48,320 bases of DNA from an uncultured Halobacteria archaeon. GTDB taxonomy: Archaea; Halobacteriota; Halobacteria; Halobacteriales; Haloferacaceae. Numbering within the stretch: position 1 is the first letter of the stretch; each line of letters begins with the position of its first letter. The stretch is taken from positions 1-48,320 of the forward strand of contig CAKZQY010000013.1 in the NCBI GenBank assembly GCA_937142015.1. The letters run 5' to 3'. Shown piece by piece: positions 9,415-18,282 of this stretch. Under the pieces are notes generated by a model, which saw nothing but the letters and a program-made list of their open reading frames with translations, made no database searches and was not told the origin of the DNA. The position numbers and the translations under genes are program-made.

Positions 9415-10803
9415 TCAGTCGTCAGTGGTGACGTACTCCTCCTCGGTCGTCGTCTCCTCGGACGCGGCGGTCGGACTGCTCGGGTCGCCAGGAGACACCT
9501 CGCCTGGGGATGCGTCACTGGGAGACACCTCGCCCGGGGACGCGTCACTGGGGGACGCCTCGCTGGTCGTCGCGTCGCGGGTGTCGGCGTCGCGTGCGCT
9601 CGGCTGGCCGACCCGTTCGCCGTCGAGAGCAGCGAGCGCGTCGAGCCAGTCGTGCATGTACTCGCCGCAGTAGACGAGGAACTCCCCGTTCTCCCAGTCG
9701 TCGAACGAGCCCTCCGCGAAGGCGTCGGCCATCGCGCGGAACACCGTCCGGTAGGCGTCGACGGCGTCAGTCGGCAGCGGTCGCGGATCGACCTCGTCGA
9801 GCAGTTCCCAGACGTGTTCGTTGAGCTCCAGCCCGTGGACCTCGTTGGTGAGATCGGAGAACGTGGAGCGTGGTGCCTTGTTGTGTTCACACAGCGGCCG
9901 TCCGTTGTAGATCCGCTTGCCGAGCAGATCCGCGGCGCGCTTGAGGAACAGCCCCGACCAGATGTCGTCGAACCGCCCCACGTCCCACTCGTTGTCGTCC
10001 ATCGGGAGCTGGTAGAACGCCGGCACGACCTCCCGACGGAACAACAGGTTCATTGAACAGACGGTGAGGTAGTTCCCCCTGTCGGCGACGAAGTCCTCCC
10101 CGTAGTCGTCTGTGGTCGTCCGTGTCTCCGCCTGCCCACGGAGGTCGCCGTCCATCAGAATCCGTACCGCGTCGAGATCCGGCACGTTCGTCCACAGCCC
10201 CTGACTGGCGACGATCTCCCCGTGCTCGACGCGCACCGTCGACTCCGAGACGTGCTCGTCCATCGCCGCGTACGGGTACCCGCGGGGGTACAGCCCGTGC
10301 TCGTCGCCGTTCTGGTACAACACGTTCACCCACTGCTCGTCCGAGGAGACGGCGGTCACCTCGCCCGCGAAGTCGAGATTGCGAGCGTGGCGACCGAAGA
10401 AGTCCGTCTCCTCGTGTGGCAGCGTGTCGTCGTCGAGGAACCCACCCAACTGGAACCCCTCGTCCCAGAGGTACAACAGCCCGAAGGAGGTCTGGGCGTG
10501 ACTCGCCTCCGGGATCAGGTGGCTGTACGCCTCCAGCCCGTGGCGCTGGAACCACGCCTCGCGGGCGCTCTCGTCGAACACGCGACCGGACACCGCTAAC
10601 TCGTCTAACATCGCGCGCATCGCCTCGGTGTCACAGAAGTCCTCCGTCACGAGGACGAAGTGGAGCCGATCCGTGTCGAATCCGTGCTCGCGGGCGTTGG
10701 CGACGTACTCCCGAACACACTCGTACTCGCGGATCGTCGGCACGATCACGCAGATCTCGGCGTCTCCGGTCGCACGCACCGCCCGTGGCGTCACGTCGCT
10801 CAT
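9415..10803 (-). CDS. Reversibly glycosylated polypeptide / alpha-1,4-glucan-protein synthase / UDP-arabinopyranose mutase family protein (GT75)
   Basis: ICVIVPTIR, LDDDTLP (DXD), YPRGYPY, SQGLWTNVPDLDA, CSMNL and GRFDDIWSG motifs of the RGP family. Confidence 0.88.
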   Translation of the reverse strand: MSDVTPRAVRATGDAEICVIVPTIREYECVREYVANAREHGFDTDRLHFVLVTEDFCDTEAMRAMLDELAVSGRVFDESAREAWFQRHGLEAYSHLIPEASHAQTSFGLLYLWDEGFQLGGFLDDDTLPHEETDFFGRHARNLDFAGEVTAVSSDEQWVNVLYQNGDEHGLYPRGYPYAAMDEHVSESTVRVEHGEIVASQGLWTNVPDLDAVRILMDGDLRGQAETRTTTDDYGEDFVADRGNYLTVCSMNLLFRREVVPAFYQLPMDDNEWDVGRFDDIWSGLFLKRAADLLGKRIYNGRPLCEHNKAPRSTFSDLTNEVHGLELNEHVWELLDEVDPRPLPTDAVDAYRTVFRAMADAFAEGSFDDWENGEFLVYCGEYMHDWLDALAALDGERVGQPSARDADTRDATTSEASPSDASPGEVSPSDASPGEVSPGDPSSPTAASEETTTEEEYVTTDD

Positions 10804-10815
10804 CGTCACCAATCG

Positions 10816-10858
10816 TTTAGGCTGGCCTAAAGTGTTTGTCGATCTTAGGTCGGCCTAA
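10816..10858. promoter_or_regulatory. Two tandem TTAGG-N4-CCTAA operators upstream of the RGP gene
   Basis: TTTAGGCTGGCCTAAA at 10816-10831 and TTAGGTCGGCCTAA at 10845-10858, 13-55 nt upstream of the ATG at 10803, in a divergent intergenic region. Confidence 0.75.
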
Positions 10859-10911
10859 ATACCCGAGATGTCGACCGACACAGTGAGGTGGTAGTCGCCC
10901 CGAGGGAGGGC

Positions 10912-11367
10912 GTGACAGGAGAGAGCGGCCCGGTCGACCCGACAGCCCCGTTCGCGGCAGTGGACACGGCAGCGGTCTCACAGTCGGTCGATCTCTCACC
11001 GGAGACACTCACGGCAGCACTGGCGCGCGTTCAGGAGTCGGTCCGTGGTCTCCCGAGTGTGCCCGACGTGGTGTACGAGTACCGGCGGGCGTTCCGCACC
11101 GACCCGCTCGTCGCACACCACGGTGACGCCTACTATCTCCGCGTTCCGTCGCGTGTCTGGCCGGAGTTCGCCGACGCCGCGGAGCTCTCCGCGACGGAAC
11201 TCGATGCCTGCCGGACCGTTCACGAGGCGGCGTTCCACGCGGTCGTCACGGAACACGACGCGCTGGCGCGGTCCCATCGTGGCGAGGCGTCGTCCTCGTC
11301 GGACGGAGAGACACCACTCGCGGACGACAGAGAGCCGCTCGTTCTCGTCGCTCGCGGCGGTGAGTGA
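10912..11367 (+). CDS. Hypothetical haloarchaeal protein
   Basis: Acidic ORF with typical codon use (VVYEYRRAF..DPLV...YYLRVP..VWPEF); start uncertain (10888 or 10912). Confidence 0.65.
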   Translation: MTGESGPVDPTAPFAAVDTAAVSQSVDLSPETLTAALARVQESVRGLPSVPDVVYEYRRAFRTDPLVAHHGDAYYLRVPSRVWPEFADAAELSATELDACRTVHEAAFHAVVTEHDALARSHRGEASSSSDGETPLADDREPLVLVARGGE

Positions 11368-11389
11368 CTGGACTCTCGGTCGACCTCGG

Positions 11390-13747
11390 TCACGAGTCGT
11401 CGCCAGCCGTCGCGGTGTCGAGTTGTTCCGTCGCTGGACCCGCGTCGACCGGGGCAGCGAGCTGAACCGTGACGATGGAGCCGCGCGGGTCACGCTCGGC
11501 GAAGGAGACGTCGCCGCCGACGCTGTCGGTGATCCACTTCACCAGCCACAGTCCCAGTCCACTCCCGTGTTCGAGCGCCGTCTCGGTGCCGTGGTCCAAC
11601 ACTTTCCGCTCCGACTCCGGGATACCAGGGCCGTCGTCCGTGACCGAGATGCGAACCCACTCCTCCCCGCGGTCGACAGACACCCGAACCCACGGCTCCT
11701 CGCTGTCGTTGTGGTAGATCCCGTTCGAGACGAGGTGCCACAGCGCCGACTCCACGAGGTCGTTCCCGAGCGCGGACACCTCGTCTGGCGTGTCCGTGTC
11801 TACCTGTGCCTCGGGGAACGTCTCGCGTGCGCGCCACGCGACGCTGTCGACGATCTGTTTCAGGTCGATCTCGTGTGCCTCTCCACCCTCCGCGTGGAGT
11901 GTTCGGTCCACCTCCCGCGCCTGCTCACCCAACTCGACGAGTCTGTTGGCCTTCCGTCTGACTGCCTCCGCACGCTCTCTGACCGCCGGGTCGAGATCCG
12001 ACTTCAACAACAGGTCCGCGTACCCCAACACCACGTTCGCGTCGTTGCGGAGGTCGTGACGCAACACGCGGTTGAGGACGCGGAGGCGCTGCTCGTACCG
12101 CTGGCGGTCCGTCACGTCCCGGATGTTGACCAGCAGCCTGTCCTCTGTCGCCCCGACGCCGGCCGCGACGACCGCCTCGACGGTGCGCCAGCCGCCGTCG
12201 CCGTGTTTGATCCGGAATCGCTCCCGCTCCGTGCCGTCCGCTGCGCCGTCGTCCCCGCCGTCGCGTGGCACTCCCCCTGCACTCGTCTGTGCCTGATCGG
12301 CGGTCTGTGACGTGCCTCCCGACGCTCGCCCGCCGGGACCGGTCGCCCCGTCCGACGCTCGCTTGCCGGGACTGGTCGCACTCCCCGACTCTCGTCCGCC
12401 GGGACTGGTCGCACTCTCCGACTCTCGTCCGTCTCCACTCGTCGCGTCGCCCACCGTCCGGTCCGCTGGCTGTCGTTCCTCGTCGGAGTCGTCGCCGACG
12501 GCACCGACGACGCGGCCGCCGTCCGTGACGGAGCGGAACACGCGGTGGATGTCGGACTGGTCGTCCGGGTGGACGAGCGAGAAGATCGAGCGGCCGGACA
12601 GCACGTCCGGATCGTGTCCGAACACGCGTTCGGCGGCGGCGCTGGCGTACTCGACGGCACCCTCCTCGTCGAGGACGACCAACACGTCGTTCGACTGCTC
12701 GATGTACGTTCGGAAGCGACGCTCGACCCGCTCTCTGTCCGTCACGTCGCGGAACACCAACACGTGTGAGTTGCTCGCGCCCCCGACGTCGATGTCCGTT
12801 CGGGTCGCCTCGTAGTGCCGGTCGTCGGGCGTCGTCAGTGTCGCCTCACCCTCGGCCAACAGCGCCTCGACCCCACTCGGATTGTGGAGCACGTCCGTCG
12901 CCGGGCGACTCAGATCCCCCTCCGCGAGGCCGAACGCCGACTCCGCCGCGGGGTTCGCGTCGACGATCCGGTCGCGGTCGTCGACGATCACGATGGCGTC
13001 GTCGATCTCCTCGAACACTGTCTCGTGGGCGACCGGCGAGATGTCGAACAGCCCGTAGGTCCGCATCGCCACCAGCAACAACAGCGTCGAGAGTCCGAAC
13101 CACACCGGCGTGGTGTCGTACGACGGGGCGACTGGCAGGTCCGTGAGGTACGCGACCAGTGTCACCATCGGCACGGCGACGGCTGCGAGGATCAGTGCCG
13201 CCTGTCTGCGGTACGGGCCGTGGGTTCTGAGCAGCTCACTCCCGAACAGCACCGCCGTGACCCCCCCGAGGAGGAACCCGTACGTGAGGTGTCCCGACAG
13301 GAACGTCCCGGGAACGGCCCCGATTGCGGGTGTGCCGTCGACGGCGACGGTCGTCACTTCCGAGACGTACGCGCCGTGCAACGGGTTGGTCAGTGCCAGC
13401 GACGCTGCGGCGGTCGGCTCGACCGCCAACAGGGCCGCGACTCGCTGGTCGATCGTCTGTGTGTGTCCCGTCTGGTAGAGCCCGAACACGAGCAGGAAGG
13501 TGGGGATCGGCGCGGAGACGACGAGTCCCGCACGCAGCCAGATCCGTGCGGTCTCCGGATCTCCGGCGGCGACGCGGAGGCCGAACGTCACTGCCCACAG
13601 CGCCGCCGCTACGGCGACGCCTGCAAGCGCGTCGCCCGCCACGCGCGCACCACCACGGCTCCGTGTCACAGCCAACACTGCCGTCAGCCCGGAGATCCCG
13701 GCCGACAGGAACGCGGTCACCGTCAACAACGACTCGTTGTAGGCCAT
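11390..13747 (-). CDS. Sensor histidine kinase with N-terminal 7TM domain and PAS domains
   Basis: Hydrophobic N-terminus with LALTNPLHG, two PAS regions, H-box LNRVLRHDLRN, DDGPGIP and GSGLGLW boxes. Confidence 0.92.
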   Translation of the reverse strand: MAYNESLLTVTAFLSAGISGLTAVLAVTRSRGGARVAGDALAGVAVAAALWAVTFGLRVAAGDPETARIWLRAGLVVSAPIPTFLLVFGLYQTGHTQTIDQRVAALLAVEPTAAASLALTNPLHGAYVSEVTTVAVDGTPAIGAVPGTFLSGHLTYGFLLGGVTAVLFGSELLRTHGPYRRQAALILAAVAVPMVTLVAYLTDLPVAPSYDTTPVWFGLSTLLLLVAMRTYGLFDISPVAHETVFEEIDDAIVIVDDRDRIVDANPAAESAFGLAEGDLSRPATDVLHNPSGVEALLAEGEATLTTPDDRHYEATRTDIDVGGASNSHVLVFRDVTDRERVERRFRTYIEQSNDVLVVLDEEGAVEYASAAAERVFGHDPDVLSGRSIFSLVHPDDQSDIHRVFRSVTDGGRVVGAVGDDSDEERQPADRTVGDATSGDGRESESATSPGGRESGSATSPGKRASDGATGPGGRASGGTSQTADQAQTSAGGVPRDGGDDGAADGTERERFRIKHGDGGWRTVEAVVAAGVGATEDRLLVNIRDVTDRQRYEQRLRVLNRVLRHDLRNDANVVLGYADLLLKSDLDPAVRERAEAVRRKANRLVELGEQAREVDRTLHAEGGEAHEIDLKQIVDSVAWRARETFPEAQVDTDTPDEVSALGNDLVESALWHLVSNGIYHNDSEEPWVRVSVDRGEEWVRISVTDDGPGIPESERKVLDHGTETALEHGSGLGLWLVKWITDSVGGDVSFAERDPRGSIVTVQLAAPVDAGPATEQLDTATAGDDS

Positions 13748-13884
13748 CTGTTCACATCGTCCCGTTTTCCGACACCTTCGTCCCGGAGAATATAAAACCC
13801 CCGCCGAAACGGTGAGGCTCCGTGCAGTCGTCGGGCTCTGTGTCGTGACCTGGGAGCATGGTGACCTCGCCGTGACCGACAGTG

Positions 13885-15024
13885 TCAGAGTCCGAGTTCG
13901 CGGCCGATCACGAGGTGTTGGATCTCGCTGGTGCCCTCGCCGATCTCCATCAGCTTCGCGTCGCGGTAGTAGCGCTGCGGCGAGAAGTCCTCCGTGTAGC
14001 CGTAGCCGCCGAGCACCTGCACGGCGTCCTCGGCCACCTCGCGGGCGGCCTCGGAGGCGTCGAGCTTGGCGAGTGAGGACTCCTCGGTGACGCGTTCTCC
14101 GGCGTCGTACAGACTCGCCGCCTTGTGGGTGAGCAGCCGCGCACGCTCCGTCTTCCGGTGCATGTCGACCAGCTTGTCTCGGATGGCGTCGAACTTCGAG
14201 ATAGGCTTGCCGAACTGTTCGCGGTCGCGTGCGTACGACTCTGCCGCCTCGTAGGCCCCCTGCGCCAGCCCAGTCGAGAGTGCGGCGATAGAGATCCGTC
14301 CGCCGTCGAGCGTCTTCATCGTCTGTGTCCAGCCCTCGCCCTCCTCGCCGAGCAGCCGGTCTTCGGGCACGTACACGTCGTCGAGCTTGATCTCACACGT
14401 CGGCGAACAGTTGAGTCCCATCTTGTCCCAGATCGTCGTCGCCTCGAACCCGTCGTCGTCCGGGTCGACGACGAACGTGGAGATGCCGTCGTACCCCGCG
14501 TCGGGGTCAGTGACGGCTTTCACGAGCACGCTGTTTGCCTCGCTCGCGTTCGTGATGAACTGTTTCGTGCCGTTCAGCACCCAGCCGTCGCCGTCGGGCT
14601 CCGCCACCGTGTCCATGTCCGAGGCGTCGGACCCAGACTCCGGCTCCGTGAGCGCCCACGCTCCGATCTCCTCGCCCGTCGCCAACGGCTCCAGCCACTC
14701 CTCTTTCTGTGCCGCTGTCCCGAACATCTCGATCGGCTTCGACGCCAGTGAGACGTGTGCGGCGTACGACAGCCCCACACCGCCGGAGACGCGACCCAAC
14801 TCCTCCGTGATGAGCGCGTACAACAGCTGACCGCCGCCGAGCCCGCCGTACTCCTCCGCGATTGGCGCACCCATCACGTCCAACTCCCCCAACTGGTCGA
14901 AGATCTCCGCTGGGAACCTGTGTTCGTCCTCGATCTCCTGTGCAATCGGCTCGATCTCTTCCTCCGCGAACTCCCGCACCTGATCGCGGATCATCCGTTG
15001 CTCCGGCGAGAGACTGAAATCCAT
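13885..15024 (-). CDS. acd: Acyl-CoA dehydrogenase
   Basis: WALTEPESGSDA, LNGTKQFITN, LDGGRISIAA, VQVLGGYGY and EIGEGTSEIQ motifs; TTTATG about 27 nt upstream of ATG 15024. Confidence 0.95.
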   Translation of the reverse strand: MDFSLSPEQRMIRDQVREFAEEEIEPIAQEIEDEHRFPAEIFDQLGELDVMGAPIAEEYGGLGGGQLLYALITEELGRVSGGVGLSYAAHVSLASKPIEMFGTAAQKEEWLEPLATGEEIGAWALTEPESGSDASDMDTVAEPDGDGWVLNGTKQFITNASEANSVLVKAVTDPDAGYDGISTFVVDPDDDGFEATTIWDKMGLNCSPTCEIKLDDVYVPEDRLLGEEGEGWTQTMKTLDGGRISIAALSTGLAQGAYEAAESYARDREQFGKPISKFDAIRDKLVDMHRKTERARLLTHKAASLYDAGERVTEESSLAKLDASEAAREVAEDAVQVLGGYGYTEDFSPQRYYRDAKLMEIGEGTSEIQHLVIGRELGL

Positions 15025-15145
15025 GCGCAATTCTTGCGAACAGGGGAGCATAAACCCCGCGGAGGCTGAATCGGACTGCTCGCTCGGGGGCCAGATCGGA
15101 CCGCTCGCTCAGGGGCCAGATCGGACCGCCCTCTGTCGCCGTCCG

Positions 15146-15649
15146 TCACTCGTCCATTCGGACGGTCAACACTGGCACGTCCGACGTTCTGACAACCTTC
15201 TCTGTGACACTACCGAGCAGGTACCGGTCGACTCCGGTGCGGCCGTGCGTTCCCATCACCACGAGGTCGATGTCGGTCTCTTCGGCGTACCCGAGGATCG
15301 ACTCGTACGGGGTGCCGGTGACGACCTCGGTCTCGACTGATACGTCGTCCCCGACGACCTCGGCGACGCTGTCTGTGAGCCCCTGTCCGTGCTCGACACT
15401 GCTGACACCGTCTCCGTGCGCGACGTTGGTCATCCCGGTGTCTGGCCCCTCGTGGTGGTCCTCTGTCATCCCTGTCTCGTGTTCTGTCTCGTGATCCTCC
15501 CCAGCCATTCCGAAGGAACTGGTGTCTCGCTGTGCGACGTACAGAACGTGGAGCGTCGCACCGTACTGCTGGGCGATGTCTTCCGCGTGTGACAGTGCAG
15601 CGTCGGCACCCTCACTTCCGTCAGTTGGGAACAGAATGCTTTCGTACAT
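15146..15649 (-). CDS. Universal stress protein
   Basis: MYESILFPTDGS...DLVVMGTHGRTGVDRYLLGSVTEKVVRTSDVPVLTV; His/Glu-rich central insert. Confidence 0.95.
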   Translation of the reverse strand: MYESILFPTDGSEGADAALSHAEDIAQQYGATLHVLYVAQRDTSSFGMAGEDHETEHETGMTEDHHEGPDTGMTNVAHGDGVSSVEHGQGLTDSVAEVVGDDVSVETEVVTGTPYESILGYAEETDIDLVVMGTHGRTGVDRYLLGSVTEKVVRTSDVPVLTVRMDE

Positions 15650-16011
15650 CGTTCAATGTTTCTTGTATTTATCAAAGAATTCCGGCTTGCCGGCAAATAC
15701 TGCGAGTTTGACTTTCACGTACGCCAAAACCAGTTTCCGAAACTACAATCTCGAACTATATATCCGAGACTATCTTGCGAGAGTGAGAATCACACAAGTC
15801 CGAATCCCGACTGTTCCTGTCAGTCACGAGCGTATCGACACAGAGGGAACAGTCACGAGCGTATCGACACAGAAGGAACAGATCCGACGTGACGCACGCG
15901 GGAGGCTCAGTGTGCCGCAGCCGCGTTCACGTGCTCGTGGTCGACAGTCCGAGACGAGCCCACAGGTGCCGCGGGCCGAACGCATACAACCGTGGGGAGA
16001 CACCGGCAGGT

Positions 16012-18282
16012 ATGGAACGCGACGCGACAGCACAGGCGTCGAACACGCGTGTCGGCGCGGACGTGGGCGGCACGTTCACCGATCTGGTGACGATCAGCGA
16101 CGGTCGCCTCCGCGTGGACAAGACGCCGTCGACGCCGGCGAACCCGGCGGAGGGCGTCGTGGACGGCGTCGAGGCGTCCAGGGTTCCTCCGGACTCGGTG
16201 GCGTTCTTCGGTCACGGGACGACGGTAGCGACGAACGCGGTGTTAGAAGGCGAGTGGGCAGACACCGCACTCCTGACGACGGCGGGGTTCAGAGACGCGT
16301 TAGAGATCGGTCGCCAGACCAGACCGGACATCTACGACTTCCGCGCGGAGAAGCCGGAGCCGGTCGTGCCGCGCGACCGTCGCCACGAGGTGCCGGAGCG
16401 ACTCGACGAGCGCGGCAGCGTCGTCCGCGAACTCGACGAGGCGGCGGTGCGAGCGCTCGGACAGGACCTCGCCGCAGACGACGTGGAGAGTGTCGCCGTC
16501 TCGTTGTTGTTCGCCTTCGAGAACCCGACACACGAGCGGCGGGTCCGCGACCTCCTCCGCGAGGAGGGTGTCGAGGTGCCGATCTCGCTGTCCTCGACGG
16601 TCCTGCCGGAGATCCGCGAGTACGAGCGCACGCTGGCGACGGCGCTGAACGCCGGGCTCCGCCCGGTCGTCGACAGCTACGTCCGAGAACTCGCCGACCG
16701 ACTCGAGAGTCACGGCGTCACCGCGCCGCTCAGAATCGTCGGCTCGAACGGCGGGCTGATGGCCGCCGACGCCGCCCGCGAGCGACCGGTCGAGACGCTC
16801 CTGTCTGGTCCCGCTGCGGGCGTCCGAGGAGCGAGCTACGTCGCCGCCCGGGCAGGCACGACTGACGTGGCTCCGCGGGCAGACACGACCGACGCGGCCG
16901 CCCGGGCAGACACGACTGACGCAGCCGCGCAGGCGGGTACGACTAACATCGCCGCGCAGGCAGACACGACCCATGCGGACGAGACGGGTGGGTACGCCGA
17001 CCTGCTCACGATGGACATGGGTGGCACGTCGTGTGACGTGTCACTGGTTCGGGACGGCGAGCCGCTGGTTTCCACGGAGACGGAAGTCGGCGAGTACCCA
17101 GTCGCAGTGCCGGCAGTCGACGTTCACACGGTCGGCGCGGGCGGTGGCTCCATCGCACACGTCGACGACGGCGGCGCGCTCCGCGTGGGGCCGGCGTCGG
17201 CCGGCGCAGACCCCGGTCCGGTGTGTTACGGCCGGGGTGGGACGGAGCCGACGGTGACGGACGCACACCTCCTGTTGGGCCGAATCGACCCGGACGCGTT
17301 CGTCGCCGACGCGCTCGACGCCGACGCGACGGCGGTGCGAGCGGCGTTCGAGCCGCTGGCCGACGACCTCGGCGTGAGCGTGCGCGAGGCTGCTGCGGGC
17401 GTGTTGGACGTGGCGAACGCGAACACGGAGCGCGCACTCCGCGTCGTCTCGGTCGAGCGTGGTCACGACCCACGGGAGTTCGCGCTCGTCGCCTACGGCG
17501 GTGCCGGACCGCTGCACGCGACGGCGCTCGCCGAGCGACTCGACGTGCCGGAGGTGGTGGTGCCGCGCGCGGCGGGTGTCCTCTCCGCGCTCGGGCTGCT
17601 CGTCACCGACGTGACGTACGACTACGCCGCCTCGATGGTCCGGCCGTGGGCCGAGGTGACGACCGGGACGCTCGCCGAGACGTTCGCCGAGTTCGAGCGC
17701 GAGGCGCGGTCCGACCTCGGAGACGGCGCGGAGATCCAGTTCGAGCGGTCGGTCGACCTGCGGTACGCCGGGCAGTCGTTCGAACTGCGCGTGTCAGTGC
17801 CGAACCCGGCGACTGCGGAACTCGACGCTGCCGGGGCGAGCACCCCTGAGGAGACCACACAGTTCCACGAGACGGCAGACGAGCAGTTCCACGAGACGGC
17901 AGACGAGCAGTTCCACGGGACGGTCGCCGAGCGGTTCCACGAACAACACCGCACACGCTACGGTCACGCGGAGCCCGACGAGCCACTGGAACTTGTCACG
18001 GTGAGACTCCGTGCGCGGCGGGTGGTCGAGCCGCCCCCGCTGGCCGTCGAGGATCGGGACGGCGACCCGGACGCGGCGGTGAAGACGACACGCGGCGTCG
18101 TCTTCGACGGCCGCGAACGGGAGACGCGCGTCTACGAGCGCGAGACGCTGCCGACGGAGAGCAGTCTCGACGGTCCCGCAGTGATCGAAGGAGCCGAGAG
18201 CACGACGGTCGTCCACCCCGGACAGCGTGCTCGTGTCGACAGCAACGCGAATCTGATCGTCGAAATCGGAGGCGGTGAGTGA
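16012..18282 (+). CDS. hyuA: Hydantoinase/oxoprolinase subunit A (ATP-binding)
   Basis: GADVGGTFTD, HGTTVATNAVLE, LLSGPAAGV, DMGGTSCDV, GAGGGSIA and SAGADPGPVCYG motifs. Confidence 0.93.
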   Translation: MERDATAQASNTRVGADVGGTFTDLVTISDGRLRVDKTPSTPANPAEGVVDGVEASRVPPDSVAFFGHGTTVATNAVLEGEWADTALLTTAGFRDALEIGRQTRPDIYDFRAEKPEPVVPRDRRHEVPERLDERGSVVRELDEAAVRALGQDLAADDVESVAVSLLFAFENPTHERRVRDLLREEGVEVPISLSSTVLPEIREYERTLATALNAGLRPVVDSYVRELADRLESHGVTAPLRIVGSNGGLMAADAARERPVETLLSGPAAGVRGASYVAARAGTTDVAPRADTTDAAARADTTDAAAQAGTTNIAAQADTTHADETGGYADLLTMDMGGTSCDVSLVRDGEPLVSTETEVGEYPVAVPAVDVHTVGAGGGSIAHVDDGGALRVGPASAGADPGPVCYGRGGTEPTVTDAHLLLGRIDPDAFVADALDADATAVRAAFEPLADDLGVSVREAAAGVLDVANANTERALRVVSVERGHDPREFALVAYGGAGPLHATALAERLDVPEVVVPRAAGVLSALGLLVTDVTYDYAASMVRPWAEVTTGTLAETFAEFEREARSDLGDGAEIQFERSVDLRYAGQSFELRVSVPNPATAELDAAGASTPEETTQFHETADEQFHETADEQFHGTVAERFHEQHRTRYGHAEPDEPLELVTVRLRARRVVEPPPLAVEDRDGDPDAAVKTTRGVVFDGRERETRVYERETLPTESSLDGPAVIEGAESTTVVHPGQRARVDSNANLIVEIGGGE

